Origin: an uncultured Balneolaceae bacterium
Lineage (GTDB): Bacteria > Bacteroidota > Rhodothermia > Balneolales > Balneolaceae
Length of the DNA stretch: 64,000 nucleotides
Reading direction: 5' to 3'
NCBI GenBank assembly: GCA_938003885.1
Contig: CALKWT010000185.1
Location: 4,570 to 68,569, forward strand
Shown: positions 1 to 11,229 of the stretch, in pieces
Layout: the number at the start of each line of letters is the position of its first letter
Position numbering within the stretch: the stretch's first letter is position 1
Position numbers and translations under genes: made by a program
Notes under the pieces: model-generated
Seen by the model: only the letters and a program-made list of their open reading frames with translations
Told to the model about the DNA's origin: nothing
Database searches by the model: none

Positions 1-846
1 GGGGACTCTTTCGATCGGATCGTAAAAGAGGCTGCCAGGAAACACCAACGGAAGCTGTATGGTAGTTCTACCGGCATGGTCTCCGGAGGGTCAGACTTCG
101 GGTCAGACACTCACCGTCTTGTTCGAAAGCGGGATGTGGCGCTTCTGATGGGAAGCGGGACCTCCTCCCTGAGTGCAGGTGAAATTTGGCACTATCTGGA
201 TCAGCAGATCGGGTATCCTGCAACTCTGATCCATGCAGGACAGATAAACAGCGTCGATCTGTCGGACTATCAGGTTCTGATACTTCCTTCAGGCTCTTAC
301 AGTCAGGTGCTTGACAGCAGCGCTATTGAAAAGATCGGGGCGTGGATAGGAAGCGGCGGGACACTCATCGTATTCGGGCAGGCCAATAATCTGCTCGCCG
401 GCAGGAATGGTTTTCAGCTCCAGAGAAAGGTAAAGCCGGATACTGAGGCAGAACCTTCCGTAGAAGATCAGCTCCTTCCTTATGCCGAGCGCTCTCGAAG
501 GTCCGCTACCGGCAGAACTCCCGGCTCGATATTCAGAGTCCATGTGGATCATACCCATCCGCTTGGCTTCGGTTATACGGATGAGTACTTCACCATAAAA
601 ACAGGCTCAGATCTCTTCTCCTATCTCGACTCGGGGTGGAATGTGGGCTCACTGCAGCCGAATGCCCACAGAAGCGGATTTGCCGGATCTGAAGCAAAAA
701 AGATGCTGGAGCACACTCTCAGCTTTGGCGTACAGCCTTACGGAAGCGGACAGGTGGTCTACTTTATTGACAACCCCCTGTTTCGCGGATTTTGGGAGAA
801 TGGCAAGCTGCTGATGGCGAACGCAATTTTCTTTCTGCCCCGTTAG
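1..846 (+). CDS. C-terminal part of a zinc carboxypeptidase (M14-like) with a class I glutamine-amidotransferase-like domain; 5'-truncated by the window edge
   Basis: Frame 1 is open from base 1 to TAG at 846. Contains VLILPSGSY, WIGSGGTLI, HPLGFGY and the end motif DNPLFRGFWENGKLLMANAIFF, typical of Bacteroidota M14 peptidase C-termini. Confidence 0.75.
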   Translation, partial: GDSFDRIVKEAARKHQRKLYGSSTGMVSGGSDFGSDTHRLVRKRDVALLMGSGTSSLSAGEIWHYLDQQIGYPATLIHAGQINSVDLSDYQVLILPSGSYSQVLDSSAIEKIGAWIGSGGTLIVFGQANNLLAGRNGFQLQRKVKPDTEAEPSVEDQLLPYAERSRRSATGRTPGSIFRVHVDHTHPLGFGYTDEYFTIKTGSDLFSYLDSGWNVGSLQPNAHRSGFAGSEAKKMLEHTLSFGVQPYGSGQVVYFIDNPLFRGFWENGKLLMANAIFFLPR

Positions 847-2135
847 CCTTTCTCCATTCTCATTTTAAGCAGGGCAGCGGCGATCTCGATAGGAGAAAAT
901 CCATCTTCTGTGATGGTTTCCAGCATTTCAATGTAGGTTCTTAAGCCGCCTTTCTGGAGGGTGTCGATAACGTCATCCAGCTGGTTCTCCATTCTGGAAA
1001 TTTCAACCTCTTTGACAGAGGGCATGAAGGCGGGCTTCAATTTTGTGCGAATGATCTTTTCGATGAACCGGATCTGTTTTTTACGGCGTCCGGACGAGAA
1101 GGTGTAGGCCGTACCTTTTCTTCCCGCCCTGCCCGTGCGGCCGATCCGGTGCACGTAATACTCGGGATCCTGGGGTACATCATAATTGAAGACGACATCT
1201 ATATCATCCACATCGAGTCCCCGGGCTGCTACGTCCGTTGCGATGAGCAGTTCAATCTGTCCATTCCGGAACTTATCCATCACCTTGTCCCGCACATTCT
1301 GCCGCATATCACCATGCAGGGCATCTGCCGAAAATCCACGCGACTGGAACTCCTGAACCAGATTGTCGCACTCCCGTTTGGTATTGCTGAAAACCAGGCC
1401 CAGCCGGTAACCTCTCATATCCATGATTCTGGCAATCGCCTCGCTTCTCATGGAGTCTCTGATCTCGATGACATACTGTTCAATGCCTTCAGCAGTCTGG
1501 GCAGGCCCCTCGATCGTGATCTTTTCAGGCTTATTCATCCAGCGATCCATGATATTCCGGATCGTTTTCGGAATGGTAGCGGAGAACATGACAGTCTGTG
1601 CGGTGCCCTTGCTATATCCGAGAATGGTCTCTAAATCCTCTCGAAATCCCATGTTTAGCATCTCGTCCGCCTCATCCAGTACCAGAAGCTTCAATGCACC
1701 CAGTTTCAGGGTTCCCCGCTTCAAATGGTCGATAATACGGCCTGGAGTGCCTACAACAATCTGGGCTCCTTTTTTAAGAGCGTTAATCTGCCGGGTGATC
1801 GGTTGTCCGCCATAGACAGGAACTGTGAAGACCCCATCGGTAAACCGGCCCAGTTTGATAAGCTCACCCGTAACCTGAATGGCCAGTTCTCTGGTGGGGC
1901 ATAAAATCAGAACACTGGGTGCCTTTGAACCCTTATCGGCGAGCTGAATCGCAGGAATGCCGAAGGCGGCAGTTTTACCAGTTCCTGTCTGTGCCTGTCC
2001 GACAAGATCTTTCCCCTCCAATATACCGGGAATACAGGACGACTGTACAGGAGTGGGGGCTTCAAACCCCATTTCGTGGATGGCTTGAATAATAGAGGGC
2101 TGAAGATTCAGTTCAGAAAAAGAGGTATTTCTCAT
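843..2135 (-). CDS. DEAD-box RNA helicase (DeaD/CsdA-like), short C-terminus
   Basis: Q motif (GFEAPTPVQ), AQTGTGKT, PTRELA, DEAD, SAT, ARGLD and HRIGRTGRAG are all present. Confidence 0.95.
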   Translation of the reverse strand: MRNTSFSELNLQPSIIQAIHEMGFEAPTPVQSSCIPGILEGKDLVGQAQTGTGKTAAFGIPAIQLADKGSKAPSVLILCPTRELAIQVTGELIKLGRFTDGVFTVPVYGGQPITRQINALKKGAQIVVGTPGRIIDHLKRGTLKLGALKLLVLDEADEMLNMGFREDLETILGYSKGTAQTVMFSATIPKTIRNIMDRWMNKPEKITIEGPAQTAEGIEQYVIEIRDSMRSEAIARIMDMRGYRLGLVFSNTKRECDNLVQEFQSRGFSADALHGDMRQNVRDKVMDKFRNGQIELLIATDVAARGLDVDDIDVVFNYDVPQDPEYYVHRIGRTGRAGRKGTAYTFSSGRRKKQIRFIEKIIRTKLKPAFMPSVKEVEISRMENQLDDVIDTLQKGGLRTYIEMLETITEDGFSPIEIAAALLKMRMEKG

Positions 2136-2724
2136 TAAATAATTGAATTATATTGTTGAAAATTTCACGCCCACTACGCACAAATTTCTCTTGCTGTTAC
2201 AGGAGGCTCCTGACTAAAAGTGCGATTTACAAACAGCTGCGTCTCCTTATGAAACGGAAGGGAAGTAAAAATCTTAGCCGGAAACAAAGAACGTCGAACG
2301 TTGAATAATCAGGTAATATACGTATAATTTTTCTCAAGCGAACTATCTTCGTTGCATGCCTGTATGCAGGCTTCCAAAGAGCCGGTGACAGCCTTCCGGC
2401 GGGAAGGGGGCATACGGATAAGGGGTTTCGGCTGATCATCTGTAAGAGGCGGTCAGGCCCGGGGATTCCCGTACAGGGGAACGGCTCACTGAATTGTTAT
2501 GGGGAACGGCTGGGCAAACGACATGGCAGACACTTAAACTGCTGACAGGCCGGAGGATAATGAATCCGGGGATCCACCCGTTCTTTCTGAAGATATCTTC
2601 GTATATTCAGTATTGAAATTTGTCTACTTCTGATTTGGCGAAGAATTTATAAAGCATACCGTCCGGACGACCGGACTGTTATGAGAATCTGAAACATACC
2701 AGAAATAAACCTATATCTATAATT

Positions 2725-3975
2725 ATGGCTCGTAGAGAGTTCGACATACCGGTAATGTACTCATCCCCTATTATCCGGAAGGTGAAAGATGCCAATAAAA
2801 TTTTGGATCCCAGAAAGAAAGATGTCACTCCGTCTCTTCTCGATTTCGGTCCTGTACAATTTTTAATCCCGCGTCACTTTGGATTTTGCTATGGGGTAGA
2901 AAACGCGATTGACATCGCCTACAGGACGGTAGAAGAGAATCCGGACAGGAATATTTACTTGTTGAGTGAGATGATCCACAATCCGACTGTGAATGAAGAT
3001 CTGACAGGCAGAGGTGTGAAATTTCTGTTTGACACGGACGGTACGGAGAGAATCCCGATCGAAACGTTGGCGGAGGATGATATCGTTATTGTACCCGCCT
3101 TTGGCACCACGATTGAGATACAGGACAAGCTCAAAAAACAGGGGATCAATCCCTACCAGTACAATACAACCTGCCCATTTGTCGAGAAAGTCTGGAAGAG
3201 AGGAAAGCAGCTGGGGAAAAAAGGGCATAGCCTGGTGGTTCACGGGAAGCATGAACACGAAGAGACCCGGGCAACGTTTTCTCAGAGTGCTGATCACTCC
3301 CCGGTCGTCGTTGTTTTAAATCCCGACGAGGCTAAGGTTCTGGCTGAGATCATGACCGGAGATCGCCCGCTTGAAGAGTTTGAACGTTACTTTGGGCACA
3401 AATGCACCCCGGGTTTCGATCCGCTCAGCGATCTGGAGCAGTTCGGCGTGATCAACCAGACGACGATGCTGGCTACTGAAACGCAGCAGGTCATGGATAT
3501 TTTAAAAGAAGCTGCAACAAAGCGCTTTGGTGAAGAGAAAGTGAAAGACCACTTTGCAGACACCTCTGACACCCTTTGTTATGCAACGACAGAAAACCAG
3601 TCGTCGACGTATGCGTTGGCCGACGCCGGCCCCGATATCTCCATTGTGGTGGGTGGTTACAATTCTTCGAATACAATGCATTTGGTAGAAATTCTGGAGG
3701 GATACTGCCCCACGTTTCATATCCGGGATGAATCGGAATTTTCAGGTCCCGATCTGATCCGGCATTTTAACCAGTGGAAGAAAGAGATGGAAACCACAGA
3801 GAACTGGTTGCCGAAGGAGAAGGAGCCTGTCCGCATTGCATTGACTTCAGGCGCATCCTGCCCCGACATTCTGGTGGATGAGGTTCTGATAAAAGTACTT
3901 GATTTCTTCGAAGGGACCAGAGATCTGGAGAGTGTACTTCGCCCCTTTGATGATGTACAGGAAGAGAAGCGCTGA
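2725..3975 (+). CDS. ispH: 4-hydroxy-3-methylbut-2-enyl diphosphate reductase
   Basis: Three Fe-S cysteines in GFCYGV, TTCPFV and TLCYAT; also IHNPTV, NQTT, VGGYNSSNT and TSGASCPD. Confidence 0.95.
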   Translation: MARREFDIPVMYSSPIIRKVKDANKILDPRKKDVTPSLLDFGPVQFLIPRHFGFCYGVENAIDIAYRTVEENPDRNIYLLSEMIHNPTVNEDLTGRGVKFLFDTDGTERIPIETLAEDDIVIVPAFGTTIEIQDKLKKQGINPYQYNTTCPFVEKVWKRGKQLGKKGHSLVVHGKHEHEETRATFSQSADHSPVVVVLNPDEAKVLAEIMTGDRPLEEFERYFGHKCTPGFDPLSDLEQFGVINQTTMLATETQQVMDILKEAATKRFGEEKVKDHFADTSDTLCYATTENQSSTYALADAGPDISIVVGGYNSSNTMHLVEILEGYCPTFHIRDESEFSGPDLIRHFNQWKKEMETTENWLPKEKEPVRIALTSGASCPDILVDEVLIKVLDFFEGTRDLESVLRPFDDVQEEKR

Positions 3976-4241
3976 GTGATTTTGCAGGAGTTGCCGCTGC
4001 AGGACAGAGGTTAGAGGCAGGGTTGGACTGCCTTCGGAATGGAGGGGTTCAAACTGTTCCTGATCCAAACATGGTCTGGGACGCCTGACGTGAAGAAGAC
4101 CAGAGCCCGGATCCAACTCCGTAAGTAAAACTGCACTACGAAGTGTATTGACGATTACATAGCTCTTCTGAATCACGGTTTGATCCTGCTCATATTTTCA
4201 GGCAGGTCCCGTGGAGCACCAGCGGAGCCAACGACAACGGC

Positions 4242-5261
4242 CTAATCAGACTCCGGAATGACCATGAAATAGGAGACCCACTGAGGCTGGAAACTACGCA
4301 GTCGTACAATAAGGTTGGTGTCAAGAGGTTCAATTTGCGGCATCACACGGCCCGTATTGTCCCCCTCCATATCTTCAAAATTGACATAGGCGGCAAAAGG
4401 CCGCTGCCCCTTTACCCCGGAAAACTGATCGATCGGAACATCAAAGCGCACGACGATAGAGGAGGGATTGTAGGTTACCGCCCTGCCGCTTGGCAGGTTG
4501 CGGGTACGGATCGGTATACGGACTTCTGTTTCTGTAAATTCTGCCACCTCAAGATGAATCTCAACTTCTTCGGGAATCACCTGGGTCGGTGTATCAGCCT
4601 CTACCAGCGGGATCGTTCGCTGAACCGGCTGATTGATGCGAGTGAGCTCAACCTGTTGTGTAGGCCACGAGGTAATCTCCCCGATCACGGATTGGGCACC
4701 TGTAATGGTGACACTGTCGGGGTAGACGAGCGGTTCCCGCAGCAGACCGTACTGCTCTCGAAGAGAGATATTAACCCGATTCTCTACAGGAACTCTGCGG
4801 GTGGCCCTCTCCTCGGTCTCCACGGTTAGTGTGGAAGGGTTTACCTGCAGGATGTTAATATCATTAAAAGCACCGATCTGATTTCTGATCTGATCCGAAA
4901 TATTTATACTCTGATTCTCGTCTGCATTTAACAAGATCTTAGGTGGGTTGTTGTAGAGGGAGATCAGGTTCCATCCTTCACCTGTAACATTCACTCTCGC
5001 ATTTTCAGGGACACTGCTGCTTACAACCTGATCATCAGGTATGTTGGTGAGTTCAATGGGTATTTGAAGCGTTACATTGAAATCGCGATTCAGGTTGACA
5101 ATAAACCAGAGGCTGATCGCTATAACCAGAGCTATGCCGAATGCAGTTAGCTTTTCCCGTCGTTCAAAATGGCTGGAATCCGTTTCATTTGAGCTGGATC
5201 CTGTTTGACCCAGAAAAAAATCATTGAGCCGGACTCTTAACTTTTTCAGAATCTCCATCAT
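4242..5261 (-). CDS. YbbR/CdaR-like domain membrane-anchored protein
   Basis: One N-terminal TM segment (ALVIAISLWFIVNL) followed by repeated beta-rich YbbR-like segments (PDSVTITGA, PSSIVVRFDVP). Confidence 0.8.
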   Translation of the reverse strand: MMEILKKLRVRLNDFFLGQTGSSSNETDSSHFERREKLTAFGIALVIAISLWFIVNLNRDFNVTLQIPIELTNIPDDQVVSSSVPENARVNVTGEGWNLISLYNNPPKILLNADENQSINISDQIRNQIGAFNDINILQVNPSTLTVETEERATRRVPVENRVNISLREQYGLLREPLVYPDSVTITGAQSVIGEITSWPTQQVELTRINQPVQRTIPLVEADTPTQVIPEEVEIHLEVAEFTETEVRIPIRTRNLPSGRAVTYNPSSIVVRFDVPIDQFSGVKGQRPFAAYVNFEDMEGDNTGRVMPQIEPLDTNLIVRLRSFQPQWVSYFMVIPESD

Positions 5262-5282
5262 GTCAAGATATGGATTAATCGG

Positions 5283-5576
5283 TCATGTGCGTATGATAAT
5301 TTTTTTTATCACTTCCGCCTTTACGCGGCTGTTCAGTTTTTTTGCAATGGAGTAGCGGTTTGCATGAAGTTCATATCGCCACGCTTCTGAACGCACGGTT
5401 ACAATCAGCGTATCCCCGCTGAATTTCAGGGAGTCGGTTGCATTATTAATCCGGCTTCCTACTACAGATGGCCACAGATGTAACACCATTCCGCGCTGCA
5501 TCTGTTCTTTCTGCGGAAAGCGTTTCAGAAACTCCCTGAGGAGTTCGTCCATCTGTCGGGGTTTCCTTCTGAACAT
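5283..5576 (-). CDS. dciA: DUF721 / DciA family helicase loader
   Basis: 97 aa with W..VVG..I, LIVTVRSEAWRYEL and IAKKLN; lies immediately downstream of recF, its usual position. Confidence 0.8.
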   Translation of the reverse strand: MFRRKPRQMDELLREFLKRFPQKEQMQRGMVLHLWPSVVGSRINNATDSLKFSGDTLIVTVRSEAWRYELHANRYSIAKKLNSRVKAEVIKKIIIRT

Positions 5577-6709
5577 TAGGTTCGTTTTGTGGTTACATTT
5601 CCATTTTCAACTCTAAACCAGGCATTATTATTGTTATCCTGAAACAGAATCTGATCAAAAGGCAGCTCGGTTGCAGACGTTATAAACGTCTGGCCGGCAT
5701 ATCTATTGAGGGTTTCCAGTATGGTATTGGTTTTGTTCTGGTCCAGATTGCCGAACAGATCATCCAGAAGCATGATCGGGAGATCTTCCAGTTCATCAGT
5801 ATAATAAAAAAGTTGGCCCATTTTAAGAGACATAGAAAAAAGGCGGTGCTGGCCCTGAGAGCCGTATTTTCTTAACTCCATTCCATCGAGGTAAAATAGA
5901 ATCTCGTCCCGGTGAGGCCCGATGAGGGTAAGCCCGCGCTCAGCTTCCCGTTCAAAATTCTCTTCCAGAAGCCTGCTATACTCCTGTTCAATCTCTTCAA
6001 CGGAGCCGGGCTGGGAGAGAATGGTCTGGTAGGTGAGAGAGGGACGGAGAGACAATCCCGTAAGGGTCTGGTACTGCATCAGCAGATAGTTCTGGAACTG
6101 CTCCAATACATCTGCTCTCTTCCTGATAATGGCAGCTCCTGTTTTGCAAATCTGGACATTCCACGGTTCCAGAAGCTGGGCCAGTCGTGAGTGAGACCCA
6201 CGGAATTCCTGAAGAAGACGATTCCGTTGCCGCCTTATTTTATGGTAGCTGATCAGAAGATGCAGATAGGGTTTGGAGATCTGACTGATCATGCTGTCGA
6301 GAAACTGTCTTCGCTGCGAGGGCCCTTCGCTGGTTAGTTTCATGTCGTCCGGGCTGAGCACCACAACGGGAACCTGCCCGATCAGGTCTGAAAACCGGTC
6401 CAGCGGACTGTCGTTTACAAAAATACGCTTCCCTTCACTCCGGGAGTAGTTGCACCCTATTTTGAACTCTGATCGGACTCTTCCGCTGAAAATCCCGCTG
6501 ATCATAAAATATTTCAGCTCATTATTGGCTACATACTGATCGCTTGCGGAGACAAAGCTTCTGGACATACTAAGGTAGTGAATTGCGTCAATCAGTCTTG
6601 TCTTCCCCGCTCCGTTCGGCCCGTTAATCGGATTAATGTGGGGTGCCAGCTTAACCCTTGTATCATGATGGTTGCGGTAGCCCCGTAAATGGAGTGATTG
6701 AATGTGCAT
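5576..6709 (-). CDS. recF: DNA replication/repair protein RecF
   Basis: Walker [30 protein letters not shown] and LLDDLFGNLD. Confidence 0.95.
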   Translation of the reverse strand: MHIQSLHLRGYRNHHDTRVKLAPHINPINGPNGAGKTRLIDAIHYLSMSRSFVSASDQYVANNELKYFMISGIFSGRVRSEFKIGCNYSRSEGKRIFVNDSPLDRFSDLIGQVPVVVLSPDDMKLTSEGPSQRRQFLDSMISQISKPYLHLLISYHKIRRQRNRLLQEFRGSHSRLAQLLEPWNVQICKTGAAIIRKRADVLEQFQNYLLMQYQTLTGLSLRPSLTYQTILSQPGSVEEIEQEYSRLLEENFEREAERGLTLIGPHRDEILFYLDGMELRKYGSQGQHRLFSMSLKMGQLFYYTDELEDLPIMLLDDLFGNLDQNKTNTILETLNRYAGQTFITSATELPFDQILFQDNNNNAWFRVENGNVTTKRT

Positions 6710-6778
6710 CTCTATGCAAAAATTGTTTATCCTGAATCCCGGAGATGGTGCCCCTCTAAATATTCCCGGAATCGCAAT

Positions 6779-6831
6779 AAAAAAACCGCAACAGGCTGTT
6801 TTATGATATAACGACGATGCCTGTGCGGTTT
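6779..6831 (-). terminator. Probable intrinsic terminator of eno
   Basis: AAACCGCAACAGGC (6783-6796) pairs with GCCTGTGCGGTTT (6819-6831) with a one-base bulge; the adjacent A-run gives a U-tail on the minus strand. Confidence 0.6.
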
Positions 6832-6866
6832 AATAATCAACGGATTAAAAAAGGAAGTGAGACGGA

Positions 6867-8168
<1,302 letters not shown>

Positions 8169-8507
8169 TTAGTAAAAATGTTGCTGTAATGTACCGCTAA
8201 TTCACGTTACCGTAAAATAAAACCGACGGCCTCCCTCTATTTTATTCCTGTTTCATCTGCCGGAACAGGGGATCCGGGATGTTCCAGCCAGATAATCGGA
8301 TAGGATGCAGAGCAAAAAATTGAAACTCGCCTGTATTTATTTTTGACAGCACGTTGAAAAGTTCAGAACAAATTTCGTTCCGTTTCCTTCATCTCAGACT
8401 CCATTGAGTCTGACCGCTGCACAAACCGGTTAGTGAGAACCGGGAATGGTTCTATCCAGGGTATTTCCGTAGAGAATGCCGCGATTTCAGGCTCGAATAG
8501 AGCTCAT

Positions 8508-9392
8508 TTACCAGAGCCAGCCAAACGTGAAGGTAATCTGGGGTGTTCCAAAAAACTTTTGGGCGTCGAAGAAAGGTTTTAGCAGGATGTTTCCGTCAGG
8601 ACCCACCTGGATCGGGTTTTGGCCCGGTTGTGGATTTTCGATTAAGTCAGGCTGGTTGGGCATCATAATCTGAATGCCGTTCGGGAAGTAGTAGAAATAA
8701 TAGCCAAATTCGATCGAAGAGAGTCGGGAAAAGTTCGAGCCGATATCCACTCCTACCTTCACTTCTCCTGCGGTACCCCAGTGCCAGCTGCCTTCCCCCA
8801 TTCTGGAGAAAATATCATTCACAGGTTCGAAGTAGTCCTGAAATTGCTCCCGGTAGCCATTGTCGTTCAGATCCCGGAAGTAAGGATAGGAGAAAGCTGC
8901 TGCCACACCTACAGATCCCGAAAGAAAGAAACGGTAGTTCTCCTGAATGAATCCCGGAAAAATCCGTTGCCGCATCCCCAGCATGAGAGGGAAGGCCATG
9001 GCTCGTTGATATTTGTTGGGAATCACTTGCTGCCCCCAGAAAAAGTCGGTAAAGGTCTGCTCGCTTGCATCCCTGAGTCCTGTGATTCGCAGTGAGGCTG
9101 TTAGTTCGGTCTGCCTGGCCACAACCTTACGGTATTCACCTCCAACGCCGAACCCAAAATTATTCATCACAAAGCCGAAACCAAATCCTGTTCCGTAATG
9201 TTCATTAAGCAGCGATACCGTCCGGGTGGTCCGAAGGACTTCCGGTTCCTGAACCTGTGCATCTGCTGATTCGGCAAACGGCAGAAAATTTAGCATCAGA
9301 AGCGCAGCAGCAGCGAGAAAAGTTCTTAATGGGGCCATAGAGTGAGGACGCTTTACAGTTTCTTTAATAAACGTGACGTTATTTGGTTCCAT
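8508..9392 (-). CDS. Hypothetical secreted / outer-membrane beta-barrel-like protein
   Basis: Signal-peptide-like N-terminus, alternating aromatic/Gly strands, and C-terminal QITFTFGWLW typical of OM barrels. Start codon uncertain. Confidence 0.6.
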   Translation of the reverse strand: MEPNNVTFIKETVKRPHSMAPLRTFLAAAALLMLNFLPFAESADAQVQEPEVLRTTRTVSLLNEHYGTGFGFGFVMNNFGFGVGGEYRKVVARQTELTASLRITGLRDASEQTFTDFFWGQQVIPNKYQRAMAFPLMLGMRQRIFPGFIQENYRFFLSGSVGVAAAFSYPYFRDLNDNGYREQFQDYFEPVNDIFSRMGEGSWHWGTAGEVKVGVDIGSNFSRLSSIEFGYYFYYFPNGIQIMMPNQPDLIENPQPGQNPIQVGPDGNILLKPFFDAQKFFGTPQITFTFGWLW

Positions 9393-9539
9393 TGCATACG
9401 TAATAATAATAAATAGGAAGGTCTTACAAGAAATATGCTTCTCTTTTGACCATATATTTGATTATTGTTTCAAATTGGCTTTTATTCAGGAAAATTTATC
9501 AAATTATCGGAATACCTCAATCAACAGGGTTTATGAATT

Positions 9540-9929
9540 ATGAGTACTGTAAATAAATATATGGTCTACGGACCAGTAAACACACTCCGAAGATTACCCG
9601 AAAAACTCTTTGAGCAATTTGAGCCAAAGTATCTATATAAATATGAGGCATCTGAGTCAGGAGATCAGATCTACGTGGCTGTATTCGAACAGTATGAAAA
9701 ACAAATCAATGCGACGAGTACGCTGACTTGCGTCATGGAATGTACAAATACTTATAATCGGGTAGAAATGAAAAAGTCGGGAGGAAGGATGGGATTCAGG
9801 GGGAGTTCCCTCTCTGAAGAGCGAAGTATCGATGCGGGTGTAATTGATTTTATTATGGATTATTCCAAACGTTTTGGCCTTTCCCTCCAGGAAGAACAGG
9901 ATCAGGAGCCCGAAGAGAGTGAAGATTAA
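9540..9929 (+). CDS. Hypothetical protein (weakly DUF6054-like)
   Basis: 129-aa ORF filling the gap before prmC, with an acidic tail. The pattern VFEQY..TLTCV..SGG..EE resembles DUF6054 (recalled, unverified). Confidence 0.6.
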   Translation: MSTVNKYMVYGPVNTLRRLPEKLFEQFEPKYLYKYEASESGDQIYVAVFEQYEKQINATSTLTCVMECTNTYNRVEMKKSGGRMGFRGSSLSEERSIDAGVIDFIMDYSKRFGLSLQEEQDQEPEESED

Positions 9930-9976
9930 ATGCAACTTTGGAAGGATGAGAAGAATTTTTCAAGAGACCACGATTT

Positions 9977-10840
9977 GTGAGCAGTGAAACCAAGGTCTGG
10001 ACCGTTCTGGCCATGCTGGAATGGGCGACAGAATACTTTAAAGAGAGAAATATACCAGAGCCCCGATTGAGTATCGAGTGGATTCTGGCGGAGGTATTGT
10101 CTGTCAGGCGGCTCGATCTTTACATGCAGTTTGACCGTCCGCTGAGCCAGGAAGAGCTGGACAGACTCCGCCCGCTGGTTAAGCGAAGGGCGATGAATGA
10201 ACCCGTTCAATATATCATTGGAAAGACGGAGTTTCACTCTGCAGAAATCCTTGTTAACCGATCGGTGCTCATTCCAAGAGTTGAAACTGAACAGCTGGTG
10301 GATACTCTCCTTAAGGATTCCGCCTTTCCTGCCGGGGTGCCTTTGAAGTTAATTGATATAGGAACAGGGAGTGGCTGTATTCCCATTGCTGTTAAACTGA
10401 ACAGGCCACTCTGGAGCTGCAGCGGTGTGGATATATCCGCAGACGCCCTCGGGGTAGCCCGTAAAAATGCACTTCATAATCAAACTGACATCCAATTTGT
10501 GCAGGCAGACTTTGAAAAGTGGGAGGATGAACCCTTCTTTCATCAGAAGTGGGACATTGTGATTTCCAATCCGCCCTATATTACATTTGAAGAGGAATCC
10601 GAAATGCACTCGCAGGTAAAAGAGTACGAACCGGGAGATGCACTGTTTCATGAGAATCCTCTTGAATTTTATGAAAAACTGATCGATTTCGCTTCTGCTT
10701 CATCCGCCGCACTTTTCTTGGAGTGCAATGATAAGACAGCTGCCAGAGTAGAAAAACTGACTGTTCGAAAATTTCCAAAAGTTAGTCTCCACAACGATCT
10801 GGATGGGAATCCCAGATTTGTCCTTGCAAAGCCTGATTAA
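9977..10840 (+). CDS. prmC: Release-factor glutamine methyltransferase
   Basis: EPVQYIIG, LIPRVETE, DIGTGSGCI and ISNPPY. GTG start. Confidence 0.95.
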   Translation: MSSETKVWTVLAMLEWATEYFKERNIPEPRLSIEWILAEVLSVRRLDLYMQFDRPLSQEELDRLRPLVKRRAMNEPVQYIIGKTEFHSAEILVNRSVLIPRVETEQLVDTLLKDSAFPAGVPLKLIDIGTGSGCIPIAVKLNRPLWSCSGVDISADALGVARKNALHNQTDIQFVQADFEKWEDEPFFHQKWDIVISNPPYITFEEESEMHSQVKEYEPGDALFHENPLEFYEKLIDFASASSAALFLECNDKTAARVEKLTVRKFPKVSLHNDLDGNPRFVLAKPD

Positions 10841-10912
10841 CGACTCCCTCCGGGGTCATCCGGGCATCTAAAGAGAGCTTCTCCGGTTAAAAATGGATGT
10901 GCGATTTTAAAA

Positions 10913-11180
10913 TGTGGATAACTTGTGGAAAAGTATTTTTGATTAGTTTCTCTCCTTCGGTACAATATGAAAAAACAGCTGTAGTTGAAGCTGACGCTGT
11001 CAAGTGAAATGTTATGAATTCTCAGGTAAAATATTAACTATATGGGTACCATGGAGTTAGTATGTTGATGCCAATGTGGATAACTTTGTGTGTTTATAAA
11101 ATTATTAGTTTGATTTGCGTGCTGGAAATTCTCATTTTGGTTCTCACATAAATTAGATGTCACTATTGACGTGTGGATAA
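10913..11180. promoter_or_regulatory. DnaA-box cluster, probable oriC and/or dnaA autoregulatory region
   Basis: Perfect TGTGGATAA at 10913-10921, 11075-11083 and 11172-11180, plus TGTGGAAAA at 10924-10932. All share one orientation, in an AT-rich intergenic region directly upstream of dnaA. Confidence 0.8.
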
Positions 11181-11229
11181 CTAAGAGAAGGATTGACATG
11201 GTAATCGCATTACTGGGAGGCATTAATCA

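Noticed and set aside
3976-4241. 266-bp convergent gap as a possible SRP or 6S RNA
   Set aside because: No GNRA-capped SRP domain IV and no long rod-like pairing that I could find.
6590-6640. RecF Walker A followed by Arg (GKTR) instead of the usual Asn
   Set aside because: All other RecF motifs are intact; a single substitution or base error does not support a pseudogene or novel function.
11040-11115. Possible DnaA-trio array beside the 11075 box
   Set aside because: The trinucleotide pattern does not match repeated CTA/TAG in frame.
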